Numbered from the stretch's first letter, positions 9,526 through 20,481 are shown. The stretch is DNA of 64,000 nucleotides from Dehalococcoidia bacterium (GCA_046498265.1 JAWOBB010000041.1:18362-82361); one strand, 5' to 3'. Notes: generated by a model from the letters alone, not told the origin. A program made the numbers and translations.

Positions 9526-10765
9526 CCGGATTGCCATGCTCAGCACCCACGGATATTTCGACCCGGTCCCCCAACTGGGCAGAACGGACACCGGCGGTCA
9601 GGTAACCTACGTAATGGAACTGGGCAAAGCCCTTACCACCCACGGCGTGAAAGTGGATATCTATACCCGCTGGTTCGAGCAAACAAAGCAGCAGATCGAC
9701 CCCGTCCCGGATTGCCCGGATATGAGGGTGATACGCATACCGGCCGGCCCCTGGGAGTTTATTCCCAAGGAGTTCATCTATGATGTCCTTCCTGATTTGG
9801 CTGAAAACATGGCCGATTTCATTGGGGAAAACGACCTCAGCTATGATCTCTATCACGGCCATTACGTCGATGCCGGCATCGTCGCCCTCGATGTAGCCCG
9901 GGCAATGAACAAACCCGCCTTCTTCACGCCGCATTCTCTCGGTGCCTGGAAGCGCGACCAGATGGGCGGGAACCCGCAAGAGATGGAAAAGCAGTTTAAC
10001 TTCACCCGTCGCATCGCCGAGGAAATGCGGATTTTTAAATCGGTTAATGCCCAGACGCTGACGACTCAATTGCAATACGAAAAATTAAAAGAGCTTTATG
10101 ATTTCGATGCGGATAACATCGTCGTCATCGAGCCCGGCACCGACATTCATACCTTTCATCCCCTGGCACCCGGCGAGAAAGAAACTGAGATCAGCCTGCC
10201 CCCCAAATACATCTTCTGTATCAGCCGGATCGATTCCAACAAGGGCCACGACATGCTGCTGCGGGCTTTCGACATCACCAGAAAAGAAGTGCCCGATGTC
10301 GACCTGGTTATCGGCGGCGGCTCGCCGCATCCCAAACAAAGGGAACTGGATATCAAGGCCGGGATGCAGGGGATCGTCGATGAATGCGGCATGGCGGAGC
10401 GGGTGCATATAATCGGCTACGTGCCGGACGAGCTGATGGCCCCTTACTATCGGCAGGCGCAGCTTTTTGCGCTTCCGTCACTCTTCGAGCCGTTCGGCAT
10501 GACCACCACCGAGGCCATGGCCTGCGGCACACCCGTGGTTGCCTCCAGATTCGGGGGCATCAGGACGGTCATCAATTCCGGGGAGAACGGGATTCTGGTG
10601 GACCCGACCGATGCTGAGGAATTCGCCGCAGCCATGATCGAGCTACTCAAAGACAGGGAAAAGGCCGAAAGGATCGGGGAGGCCGGGGCACAGACAGTCA
10701 GGGATCATCTGAGCTGGGAGGCCATTGCCCGCCGCCACCTCGAATTCTACGAGAGGTTCATGTAG
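9518..10765 (+). CDS. GT4-family glycosyltransferase, sucrose-phosphate-synthase-like
   Basis: N-terminus MLSTHGYFDPVPQLGRTDTGGQVTYVMELGKAL is diagnostic of the SPS / mannosylfructose-phosphate synthase clade; C-terminal GT4 motif EPFGMTTTEAMACGTPVVAS. Confidence 0.75.
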   Translation: MFSRIAMLSTHGYFDPVPQLGRTDTGGQVTYVMELGKALTTHGVKVDIYTRWFEQTKQQIDPVPDCPDMRVIRIPAGPWEFIPKEFIYDVLPDLAENMADFIGENDLSYDLYHGHYVDAGIVALDVARAMNKPAFFTPHSLGAWKRDQMGGNPQEMEKQFNFTRRIAEEMRIFKSVNAQTLTTQLQYEKLKELYDFDADNIVVIEPGTDIHTFHPLAPGEKETEISLPPKYIFCISRIDSNKGHDMLLRAFDITRKEVPDVDLVIGGGSPHPKQRELDIKAGMQGIVDECGMAERVHIIGYVPDELMAPYYRQAQLFALPSLFEPFGMTTTEAMACGTPVVASRFGGIRTVINSGENGILVDPTDAEEFAAAMIELLKDREKAERIGEAGAQTVRDHLSWEAIARRHLEFYERFM

Positions 10766-10890
10766 GGGTGATTTTCTATCGTTACCATGATCTTCGTGGG
10801 AAGCATCTGATTATGAACGTGATATAATAGGATAACTCGACGGTCATCTTCGGCAGTAAGATGAATGAAAGATCCTTCAGGAAATATTGA

Positions 10891-12138
10891 ATGCGTCCTG
10901 CAAATGGATTCAGCCTGGTGGCAATTATAATACTGCTACTGTTGGGTGCCTGTGGTGGTGGGAGCAGTGATGATGCTATCGTCACCCCGGAAGAAACGAA
11001 TGCCCCTCCAGAGACTCTCACAACCATCAAGATCGGCAACATAACAGATCTGACCGGTCCGGGAGCCGGCGGGATGGAGCTGGTCAATATGGCCCTGGAG
11101 GACATCGTCAGGTATTACAACGAGAACAATCTTATTCCCGGGGTAGAACTGAAGGTAATTCACTGGGACGGGCAAACGGATCCTGCCAGAATCGTCCCCC
11201 GTTATGAGTTGCTTAAGCATCAGGGCGTTCAAGTGTTCACCACCTGCGCCCCCGGCGTGGCAGTTACCCTTAAACCCAGACTGGAGGCGGAAAAGGAAGT
11301 GCTCTTTTCACAGGTCGGTGAGATGGAAGCCATCGAGCCGCCGGGCCGCGTGTTCTGCCTCGGCACCGTTCCGGAAAACGAGGCATATACATTCCTGGAC
11401 TGGATCGCCAAATACGATTGGGATTACCGGAACGACGGGCCGGCCAGAATCGGCGCCGCTGCCTGGGCAGAGCCGTATGCCATCGGTTTTGTCAAAGCGA
11501 TGAAGGAATATGCAAAGGTTCACCCCGAGCAGTTCCAGTTCGTCGAAGGGTATTTGCCGGAATTCAAATTCAACTGGTCAAGCGAGATTGAATCCCTGAA
11601 GAAATGCGATTACGTTTTCCCGCCAATAATAGTACACCAATTTGCTCGAGATATCCGCAATACCGGCAGCGAGGCCCGGCTTATCGGGGGGGCCCCGCAC
11701 ACCGCCTTCTTCGACATGGTAAGTGAAGCGGATGCCTGGCCGGCAATCGACGGCATGCTGTTCATCTACACCGGCAGCTGGTGGCACGAAGACGATAAGC
11801 TGATGATTATCGCCGAAGAGATATTAAGAGACTATCACCCGGATAATGCCGAAGACATCATCAGTAGAGGATCAAGCTATGGCGGTATCGGACCATATCT
11901 CATGTTGTGCGATATCATTGCGAAGACGGTGGAAAAGACCGGCCCTGAAGGTTTTAACTCTGAGGCGCTCTACCAAACGGCACAATCATGGAGCTATCCT
12001 CTGGAACACGCAGACTATAACTACGGACCCGAAAAACGCTACATGATCAATGCCCTCTGCGTTCTCGAAGCCAGCGCCGAGAAAGAAACCGTGGTGAAGA
12101 ACGACCCGAACTGGTATCCCGTCTTGACCGAACCATGA
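10891..12138 (+). CDS. Lipoprotein, type-I periplasmic substrate-binding protein (Liv-like ABC transporter SBP)
   Basis: Signal peptide with lipobox LLLGAC|G, then a Peripla_BP_6-like pattern (IKIGNITDLTGPGAGGMELVNMALEDIV...). No adjacent permease or ATPase genes. Confidence 0.55.
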   Translation: MRPANGFSLVAIIILLLLGACGGGSSDDAIVTPEETNAPPETLTTIKIGNITDLTGPGAGGMELVNMALEDIVRYYNENNLIPGVELKVIHWDGQTDPARIVPRYELLKHQGVQVFTTCAPGVAVTLKPRLEAEKEVLFSQVGEMEAIEPPGRVFCLGTVPENEAYTFLDWIAKYDWDYRNDGPARIGAAAWAEPYAIGFVKAMKEYAKVHPEQFQFVEGYLPEFKFNWSSEIESLKKCDYVFPPIIVHQFARDIRNTGSEARLIGGAPHTAFFDMVSEADAWPAIDGMLFIYTGSWWHEDDKLMIIAEEILRDYHPDNAEDIISRGSSYGGIGPYLMLCDIIAKTVEKTGPEGFNSEALYQTAQSWSYPLEHADYNYGPEKRYMINALCVLEASAEKETVVKNDPNWYPVLTEP

Positions 12139-12198
12139 TTACGTTTTCGCACCCGATAATTCATTTTGGCCTGAGATTCGCATGAACTAAAGGGGTAC

Positions 12199-14765
12199 GT
12201 GGTGCCACCGCAAATATCAGAGGAATACGAAAAAGCATACAAAAAAGAATTCACGCCTGATACCAGACGTTCGGCCTGGCTGATGCTGAAAAACATATTC
12301 CGGCACCCGGGCCTCTTCTCACGTACACTTCGCAAACACGATAATCTGGAAAATCACTTCGATGAATATGCCCCGAGAGTTTCGTTCGGGCGCAGCGACC
12401 ATCCCCTGGATGACCTGGGCCCCATGTCAAGCCCGTTTACCGCGATTCCCAAGTTGTACTTTCGCAAGTCCGAATCGGTGCTGAGCGTTCATCTTAAAGA
12501 AAAGCAGGGCAACCGGTTTGTATTCGAAGCCAGAACCTTCAACATCTTCAAGCTGATAAAGCCGGATTCCTTCTACAAGCACGTTTACGAATACCATGAA
12601 AAAACACCTTACAAAATCCGTCACCTGTGCATCGATATTCTTCGTGAGGATGCCTATCGTGTCCGGCTCCAGCCATCACCTGAATTCGACGATATCTACA
12701 CCCCGATGGTGGTCAATGATATCGAAGATGAAACCTGTCAGGTGAATCTCGAAGAAGACGAAGTTTGCTATCGGCTGAAAACAAAAAAACTTGCCTTGCA
12801 TATTTGCAAAAACGACTTCCGAATCGAGCTCTATGATGCTGCCGGCAACAGGATTACCCGCAGCGGCGGCCGCACCGACAACGGCTTCGGGGTGGCTTTC
12901 GATGCCTATCCGCTGGGTTTCATCAAGGATAAACGTCACAGGCGCTGGTACGCGGTGGAATCCTTCGAGCTCTCCCATGATGAGTCGATCTACGGACTGG
13001 GGGAGCATTTCGGCCGTATCAATAAAGTAGGGGAAACCCTGCGTCTCTGGATTCATGAGGGAACCGGAAACACCAGCGGCCGTATCTACAAATCCGTGCC
13101 CTTCTACATGAGCACCCGCGGTTACGGGGTGTTTTTCAACCAGACCCACCCGATGACTTTCTGGGTGGGCACGAAAGAGAAGTCAAAAGTATACAGGTAG
13201 CAGTAGAAGAAAAGAGGCTGGATTATTATCTCTTTGCCGGCAGCATCAAAGAGATACTGCGCAGCTATACCGATCTAACCGGCAAATCTCCGGTGCCACC
13301 TAAGTTTTCTTTCGGTACCTGGATTTCCCGGATGTCCTATCTTACCCAACAAGAGGTCCTTGAGGTTGCCAGAATACTCAGAGATAGCGAGTTTCCTGCA
13401 GATGTGATCCATATTGACGTTCGGTGGTTTACCGAAGGCTGGAGGTGTGACTGGCGATTTGATCCAGCCACTTTCCCTTCCCCCGAAGATATGTGCCGGC
13501 AACTGCATGAGCAGGGGTTCCATGTGTCTGTCTGGCAGGAACCTTACGTATTAAAAGGAACGGAACCCTGGAAGGAAGCTCGTCGAGGCAAGTTTCTGGC
13601 TAAAGTCAAATCGCCTTTTATTTTCGTCGGGCAGTTTGAAGCGGCCCCTATCGATTTCACCAATCCGGAGGCTATTCGGTGGTATCAGCAACAGCTCATA
13701 AAACCGCTCCTAGAGATGGGAATCGACGTCATCAAGGCCGATTTCGGAGAAGGCATCCCCCCGGATATGCAATTTGCCAAAGACAACGGGCATGCGCTGC
13801 ACAATGTATATCCGCTGCTGTACCAAAAAGCCGCTTATGAGATAACGGCCGAGGTGCATGGTGAAGAAAACGCCATGGTCTGGGGACGGAGCGCTTATGC
13901 CGGCTCGCAACGCTATCCGGTCCAGTGGAGCGGGGATAACGCGGCCAGCTTTGGTTCCATGCAGTCCTCACTGCGCGGCGGATTGTGTTACGGCCTCAGC
14001 GGATTCACTTATTGGAGCCAGGATACGGGCGGATTTACCGGGGAACCTGCGGATGAAGTGGAAATCCGCTGGACTCAGCTTTCCATCTTTCAATCCCATA
14101 TGCGCTATCACGGGTGTTACCCCTTCCGGGAGCCCTGGGTTTTTTCGAAGCAAGTCCAGGATATCATGAGGGAATACCTCAACCTGCGCTATCGGCTGAT
14201 TCCCTATCTTTACAGCGAATCGATCGCCAGCGCTGCAGATGGATTGCCGTTGCTGCGCGCCATGGTTATCGATTACCAGGAAGATCGGACCACACACCAT
14301 ATCGATGACCAGTTCATGTGTGGCAGCAACATTCTTGTAGCACCGATTATGCGTGAGGGTAATGAGCGCACCTTCTATCTGCCGGAGGGGTTGTGGTATG
14401 AATTCTTTACCAGGGAATGTGTTGAAGGGAACCAGTGGATCACCCGGGAATACGATTTGACGACGATCCCGGTATGGCTAAAGGGCGGTTCGATGGTACC
14501 ATTCGGCCCGGTTGTTCAGAGTACTGCCGAACTGACGGAGCAAACTCCGCTCGAACTAGTCGTATTGCTGGATCAGCAGAACAAGGCCGGCTGTCGGTTC
14601 TATCAGGGCAAAGGGAACGCCATTGACATTACGGCCAACAGCGAAGGTGAACAGGTCCTGGTGACGATTGATGGTATCATGCCTGTAGAAAAAGTCCGGG
14701 TATTCGGGCCGAAGGGCGAGGTGGCCGACGGTAATATTGCAGTGAAGCAGGAACATATATCGTAG
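12199..14765 (+). pseudogene. GH31 alpha-glucosidase / alpha-xylosidase, reading frame interrupted near 13195-13205 (frameshift or sequencing error)
   Basis: ORF 12199..13200 carries the GH31 N-terminal beta-sandwich (YGLGEHFGRINKVGETLRLW...PFYMSTRGYGVFF). After a TAG the catalytic domain continues in another frame from ~13202 (VAVEEKRLDYYLFAGSIKEILRSYTDLTGKSPVPPKFSFGTW...IHIDVRWF...KADFGE...WSGDNAASF...); the track lists this as 13293..14765. Combined length of ~850 aa is typical for GH31. Confidence 0.6.
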
Positions 14766-14774
14766 GGGGTAATC

Positions 14775-16250
14775 ATGTATCTTCCACTTGGAACCTTTTC
14801 ACCAGAAGTTAAAATTGGCTTCGTATCCGCATCCCGTGACTGTTTTCCACGATCGCTTTCGGAAGAGAGGAGCGCCCGCCTGCTGGCCGAAACCGAAAAA
14901 CTGGGCTTATCACTTGTTGTTCCCAAAGGCGAATGCCGCATCATCGAGACCAGGGCCCACGCCGCAGAAGCAGCCAGACAGCTCAATGCCGCAGAATGCG
15001 ACGCAACCGTGCTCTTCCTGGGCAACTTTTCACCGGAGATCGAGGATGCCGGTTTCTTAAAGGCCTTCAACGGACCGGTTGCGGTGATGGCCGCAGCCGA
15101 GGAGTCGTCTCAGGGTCTGAAAGAGGATCGCGGCGATGCGCTCTGCGGGCTGCTTTCAGCCACGCTGGCAATAAGAAGAAGGAATTTATTTGAGCGGGTA
15201 TATTTGCCACAGGATCCGATCGTGACTGCCGAATCCGGGGCGAGAGAGATCGAAAGGTTCTTTAAAGTAATGAAGGTGGTCAAAGGTATCCGGGCAGCGA
15301 CCGTCGGTCTTTTTGGGCCGAGACCGCGTGACTTCGAAACCTGCAATTACAATCTGGCGTCGATTGCCTCTTTAGGAGTGGAAATCGAGGAATACTCGTT
15401 TTTTAACCTGGTTCAACGGGTCCGTGAGATATTAGAAAAAGGTGATTTGGCCGATACCATCAAAATGATGAAAAAGGATATCCCTGATATACCAGAAGGT
15501 GATTTTGCTCAACGTTTAGCTGCATACGAAAAAGCGCTGCTATCATTTCGGGATGAATTGAAACTTTCGGGAATGACTACCCAGTGCTGGACCGACCAGG
15601 AGAAGGTACTCCGGCATGTGCCTTGCTTCATAAACGCCCGACTGGCTGCGGCCGGATTTCCGGTCGCCTGCGAAAACGACGCTTACAGCCTGATTGCCGA
15701 ACTGATGGGGCAGTACGCATCAGCTGACAGTGTCACCATGCTGGATATCAACCACAGCATACCGCATGATCTGGGCAGCCCTTTAAAGGATTATCCTCCA
15801 GAGGATCTGGTGGGCCTGTTTCACTGCGGCAATACGGACCCAAAGAGGCTGGTCAATCCCGAGATGAAGCATCAGGTGATTATGAAGAGGCTGATGGAGC
15901 CGGATACCCCGCCGGATATCACCCGCGGAACGATCGAAGGCCGGATTGGGGCATCGCCGATGACGATGCTGCAAATCCAGGGGGTCGGCGACGGTATTCA
16001 GGCATATATCGCCCAGGGAGAGTTCCTGGATGTGGACCCGCAAACGTTTGGCAGCACCGGCACGGCATACGTTCCGGGATTCAGGAGGTTCTATCGCCAT
16101 GTGCTGCTGGGCCGATTTCATCATCATGCGGCGGTGGCCTTCAGCCACTGCGGTGATGTGCTGTTCGACTCCATGAAGCTTTTAGGGATAAAGCAGATTT
16201 ACACCCCTAATAGTAAGAATTTATACGAAGGAGAGAATCCGTTTTGTTGA
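14775..16250 (+). CDS. L-fucose/L-arabinose isomerase-family sugar isomerase
   Basis: 491 aa; FucI-family N-terminal and C-terminal (Fucose_iso_C-like, ...HVPCFINARLAAAGFPVACENDAYSL...) regions. Confidence 0.55.
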   Translation: MYLPLGTFSPEVKIGFVSASRDCFPRSLSEERSARLLAETEKLGLSLVVPKGECRIIETRAHAAEAARQLNAAECDATVLFLGNFSPEIEDAGFLKAFNGPVAVMAAAEESSQGLKEDRGDALCGLLSATLAIRRRNLFERVYLPQDPIVTAESGAREIERFFKVMKVVKGIRAATVGLFGPRPRDFETCNYNLASIASLGVEIEEYSFFNLVQRVREILEKGDLADTIKMMKKDIPDIPEGDFAQRLAAYEKALLSFRDELKLSGMTTQCWTDQEKVLRHVPCFINARLAAAGFPVACENDAYSLIAELMGQYASADSVTMLDINHSIPHDLGSPLKDYPPEDLVGLFHCGNTDPKRLVNPEMKHQVIMKRLMEPDTPPDITRGTIEGRIGASPMTMLQIQGVGDGIQAYIAQGEFLDVDPQTFGSTGTAYVPGFRRFYRHVLLGRFHHHAAVAFSHCGDVLFDSMKLLGIKQIYTPNSKNLYEGENPFC

Positions 16251-16334
16251 GTCAGGGTATTAAATCCCCCTCGGCCCCTTTTTTCAAAGGGGAAAGCAAA
16301 TCTCTCCCTTTTGTAAAGGGAGAATAAGAGGGAT

Positions 16335-18842
16335 TTGAATCAAATGAAAAAACAAACCATCCATCTGGTCTGTAACGCCCACCTGGACCCGGTCTGGCTG
16401 TGGGAATGGGAGGAGGGAGCGGCCGAGGCTCTTTCCACCTTCCGCACCGCAGCCGAGCTGTGTGAAGAGTTCGACGGATTCATCTTCAACCATAACGAAG
16501 TTGTCCTCTATAAGTGGATTGAGGAATACGAGCCCGAGCTATTTTCACGGATTCAGAAGCTTGTGGAAGCAGGAAAATGGAACATCATGGGCGGCTGGTA
16601 CCTGCAGCCGGATTGCAACATGCCGTCCGGCGAGGGCCTCGTTCGCCAGATTCTAGCTGGCAGGCGGTACTTTGAGGAGAAGTTCGGCACCCGGCCGACG
16701 ACGGCTGTCAATTTCGATTCCTTCGGCCACAGCCGGGGCCTGGTACAGATTCTCAAGAAAAGCGGGGACGATTCTTACCTGCACTGCCGGCCCGCCGCTA
16801 TCGATTATCCTCAGCAGGAGCACGATTACATCTGGGTCGGCTACGACGGCTCGGAGGTGCTCTGCACGCATCAACGGACATGGTACGGGACATTTTCTTA
16901 TGGTGAGGCTGGCGATAAACTTAAGATTCACATGATGGTGCCGCCCGAGCTCGGTTCGGCGCTGATGCTCTGGGGAGTGGGCAACCACGGCGGCGGGCCC
17001 AGCCGCAAGGACATTCGAGATATCAATCGGATAGCTAAAAAAGAGAAGGCGTGGCGAATTATCCACTCCATGCCGGAAGCGTATTTTGCCGATATCAAGC
17101 GGCACAAAAAGGAACTGGTTCGCTGGGAAAGGGATTTGAATCCGGAGATGGTGGGGTGTTACACCTCGATGGTCCGCATAAAACAGGGGTACCGGGCACT
17201 GGAGAACGATCTCTTCATGACCGAAAAAATGGTTTCCTCATCTTGCGCTCAGGGTTTAATGCCTTATCCGCATGCCGAACTAAAGGATGCCGAGGAAGAC
17301 ATGCTCTGGGTGGCCTTCCACGATATCCTGCCCGGCTCCTCGGTGGAGCCGGTCGAACGATTTGCCCTGCAGAAAATCGGACACGGACGGGAGGTCCTGT
17401 CACGGATCAGGGCACGGGCTTTCTTTGCCCTGGCAAGCGGACAGCCGAAGGCGAAACCGGGGACCTTCCCCGTATTTGTTTTCAACCCCCATCCCTGGGA
17501 GACCGAAACCACCATCACCGCTGAGTTCAACTTCCCGTATTATATCTTCTGTCCCGATACCTACTGGGTGCCCAACCTGACTCACAAGGGAAAGCAAATC
17601 CCGATCCAGGCCGAGCGCCCCCACAGCAACATCACCATGGACTGGCGCAAGCGGGTCGCGTTTCGGGCTCCGTTGGTACCCGGCATGAACCGATTCGATA
17701 TCAGACTAAAGCGCCTGCCAAAGCGCCCGCAAATTAAGAATGAGGAGAAAGACGGTCTCGTCCGAATTCGTGGCCAGAACGTCGACTGGGCCATGAACAC
17801 GCAGACCGGGCTTATCGAGCATCTCCGGGTCGGTGGCCGCAAGATCGTTCGCACTGGCGCTTTCGAAGCTCTGGTAATGGAGGATACCCCCGATCCTTGG
17901 GGCATGACCACGGACCGGTTCGATACCCTCGCTGGCCGTTTTGAACTTCTCTCACCGGAAAAGAGTGCCGAGATTTCCGGCGTTTCCTCAATAAGGGGAA
18001 GTTTGAAACCGGTACGCATCATCGAAGACGGGCTGGTACGCACCATCGTCGAAGCCATTTACGGTTACAATGATTCCTTCCTGCTGATGAATTGGAAACT
18101 GCCGAAAACCGGCAGTGAAATTGAACTCGAATTGCGCGTGTTCTGGAACGAAAAGGACAGGATGCTGAAGCTCTCTGTTCCCACAACTTTACGAAGTGCC
18201 AGGTACTTCGGTGAGGCGGCCTATGGCCGCCAGGAACTTGGGGATAGCGGTCGTGAAGCGGTGTCCCAGCGATGGACGGCGGTAGTCTCGGAATCCGATG
18301 ACCTGGCCCTGACTGTGGTCAATGAAGGCACCTACGGTTCATCCTTCACGGCTGGCGAGATGCGCCTTAGCCTGCTGCGCTCGCCAGCCTATGCCGCCCA
18401 CCCGCTGGGAGATTGGCAATATATCCCGGCTAACATGTTTCGCCCCCGCATTGACCAGGGGGAGCGGGTATTCCGTTTCCGGTTCAAGGCCGGGCCGGTA
18501 CAGGAACGAATGCATTCTATCGCTCGTGAAGCCCAGGTGCATAACGAAGAACCGATGGTTCAGTGGTTTAATCCTTCCGGTAAGGGAATTCGGACAAGGG
18601 CCCTGGTCACCCTGTCAAATAAAAGTGTGCAGGTCACCACCACCAAGCAATCGGAGGATGGTAAAGGCTGGATTATTCGTCTGTTCGAGCCGACCGGCAG
18701 CAAGCAGAAGACTCAACTGCGCATCTCGGCCGGCAAACCGATACGCAAGACGATCACGCTGAAAGCCTTTGAAATCAAAACCTTCAAGCTGGATACTGAA
18801 ACCGGCACCATAATCGAAGCTGACCTGTTAGAAGAGCCCTGA
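16335..18842 (+). CDS. GH38 alpha-mannosidase
   Basis: 835 aa. N-terminal GH38 catalytic signature HLVCNAHLDPVWLWEW...GGWYLQPDCNMPSGE...NFDSFGHS, with middle and C-terminal beta domains. Confidence 0.85.
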   Translation: MNQMKKQTIHLVCNAHLDPVWLWEWEEGAAEALSTFRTAAELCEEFDGFIFNHNEVVLYKWIEEYEPELFSRIQKLVEAGKWNIMGGWYLQPDCNMPSGEGLVRQILAGRRYFEEKFGTRPTTAVNFDSFGHSRGLVQILKKSGDDSYLHCRPAAIDYPQQEHDYIWVGYDGSEVLCTHQRTWYGTFSYGEAGDKLKIHMMVPPELGSALMLWGVGNHGGGPSRKDIRDINRIAKKEKAWRIIHSMPEAYFADIKRHKKELVRWERDLNPEMVGCYTSMVRIKQGYRALENDLFMTEKMVSSSCAQGLMPYPHAELKDAEEDMLWVAFHDILPGSSVEPVERFALQKIGHGREVLSRIRARAFFALASGQPKAKPGTFPVFVFNPHPWETETTITAEFNFPYYIFCPDTYWVPNLTHKGKQIPIQAERPHSNITMDWRKRVAFRAPLVPGMNRFDIRLKRLPKRPQIKNEEKDGLVRIRGQNVDWAMNTQTGLIEHLRVGGRKIVRTGAFEALVMEDTPDPWGMTTDRFDTLAGRFELLSPEKSAEISGVSSIRGSLKPVRIIEDGLVRTIVEAIYGYNDSFLLMNWKLPKTGSEIELELRVFWNEKDRMLKLSVPTTLRSARYFGEAAYGRQELGDSGREAVSQRWTAVVSESDDLALTVVNEGTYGSSFTAGEMRLSLLRSPAYAAHPLGDWQYIPANMFRPRIDQGERVFRFRFKAGPVQERMHSIAREAQVHNEEPMVQWFNPSGKGIRTRALVTLSNKSVQVTTTKQSEDGKGWIIRLFEPTGSKQKTQLRISAGKPIRKTITLKAFEIKTFKLDTETGTIIEADLLEEP

Positions 18843-18930
18843 CAACACAAAATGGACCCAAAAACCGGCAGTCAAAACGTTCAAGTTTAGAGGAACAAAC
18901 GGTTAAAACCGGGGCAGGCAGGATTGAACA

Positions 18931-20481
18931 ATGAGATGTGTTCTCGGCATTGATATCGGCACCACCGGAGCCAGAGTATTGCTTCTGGCTGATACAGGCG
19001 AAGTAATCTCATCGGACAGCTCGGAGTATCCCATCTCTATACCCAGGCCAAACTGGGCCGAGCAGCAGCCCGATGACTGGTGGCAGGCCACTGTCACTGC
19101 AACTGAATCATGCCTTGAAAAAGCTCGCACCACATCAAACGACCCCATTGAAATTGAGGCTATCGGAATCACCGGCCAGATGCACAGTGCGGTGTTTCTG
19201 GACAGCGACGGAAAGGTGCTTCGCCCTGCCATTCTATGGTGTGACCAGCGTACTGAGCCACAATGCCATGAAATCACTGACATCGTTGGATTCGACCGAT
19301 TGATCTCCTATACGTCAAACAAGGCGCTGGCCGGCTTCACCGCACCTAAAATGCTCTGGCTGCGGGAAAACGAACCGCAGGTATATGAACGGGTTCACAA
19401 AGTGCTGCTTGCCAAGGATTATATCCGCTACAAATTAACAGGCGGATTTGCAACCGAGGTTTCGGACGCCTCAGGGACGCTGCTCTTTGACGTGGTCAAC
19501 CGGAAATGGTCTCAAGAGATGTTGCAGGCGCTTCGGATACCCCGGGAGTGGCTCCCGGATTGCTACGAGTCGACCGATATCACCGGATATTTGAGCCAGG
19601 AAGCCGCCTCAATTCTGGGGCTGAAGGGAGGTATCCCTGTAGTCGGCGGGGGCGGCGACCAGGCTGCAGGCGCGGTCGGAAACGGGATTGTCCACGAAGG
19701 GCTGGCTTCCTGTGTGCTGGGCACCAGCGGTGTCGTTTTCTGGCATTCCGACGAACATGTTTGCGATCCTCACGGTCGCCTTCACTCCTTCTGCCATGCC
19801 GTGCCGGGTAAATGGCATCTGATGGGTGTTACCCTTTCAGCAGGAGGGTCCCTGCGCTGGTTCCGGGATACGCTGTGCCAGCAGGAAATCGGAGAGGCCG
19901 GGCAGCAGGGAATCGATGAGTACGAAGCCATCATCAGTAAAGCTGGCGGTGTGGTTCCCGGATCAGAAGGGCTCCTTTTCTTACCCTACCTGGCCGGGGA
20001 AAGGACTCCTTACGCTGATGCCAACGCTCGCGGGGCGTTTCTGGGACTCTCGTTAAGGCATACCAGGGACCACATGGCCAGGGCGGTTCTGGAGGGGATC
20101 GTCATGAGCCTGAAGGACTGCCTCGAACTGGGCAGGGAAATCGGTCTTGAGCCGCAAAGGATAAATCTTTCCGGTGGCGGCGCCCGCAGTGATATGTGGA
20201 GCCAGATGATAGCCGATATTTTCGGGCTCGAACTGGTCCGTACCGGCAGCGATGAAGGGCCCGCTTACGGCGCAGCGATCCTGGCCGGTGTCGGGGCCGG
20301 CATCTACAGTTCCGTCGAGGAGGCCTGCGGCAAACTCGTTTTCCCCACCGATTCGAAAACGCCCAATCCGGCTATCATGGAAATTTACCGCGATCTCTAC
20401 GGTTTATACAAACCGCTTTATGCCACACTGAGAGAGCACTTCGAGCGAGGTGCTAAATTCGTGCCTGAGAACCCAGGCTAG
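18931..20481 (+). CDS. xylB: Xylulokinase (FGGY carbohydrate kinase)
   Basis: 516 aa. FGGY N-terminus LGIDIGTTGARVLL and a C-terminal ATP-binding region GGGARS; best fit is the XylB subfamily. Confidence 0.8.
   Translation: MRCVLGIDIGTTGARVLLLADTGEVISSDSSEYPISIPRPNWAEQQPDDWWQATVTATESCLEKARTTSNDPIEIEAIGITGQMHSAVFLDSDGKVLRPAILWCDQRTEPQCHEITDIVGFDRLISYTSNKALAGFTAPKMLWLRENEPQVYERVHKVLLAKDYIRYKLTGGFATEVSDASGTLLFDVVNRKWSQEMLQALRIPREWLPDCYESTDITGYLSQEAASILGLKGGIPVVGGGGDQAAGAVGNGIVHEGLASCVLGTSGVVFWHSDEHVCDPHGRLHSFCHAVPGKWHLMGVTLSAGGSLRWFRDTLCQQEIGEAGQQGIDEYEAIISKAGGVVPGSEGLLFLPYLAGERTPYADANARGAFLGLSLRHTRDHMARAVLEGIVMSLKDCLELGREIGLEPQRINLSGGGARSDMWSQMIADIFGLELVRTGSDEGPAYGAAILAGVGAGIYSSVEEACGKLVFPTDSKTPNPAIMEIYRDLYGLYKPLYATLREHFERGAKFVPENPG

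Noticed and set aside
9485-10075. 196-aa minus-strand ORF
   Set aside because: Antisense to the SPS-like GT4, whose N-terminal motif is unmistakable.
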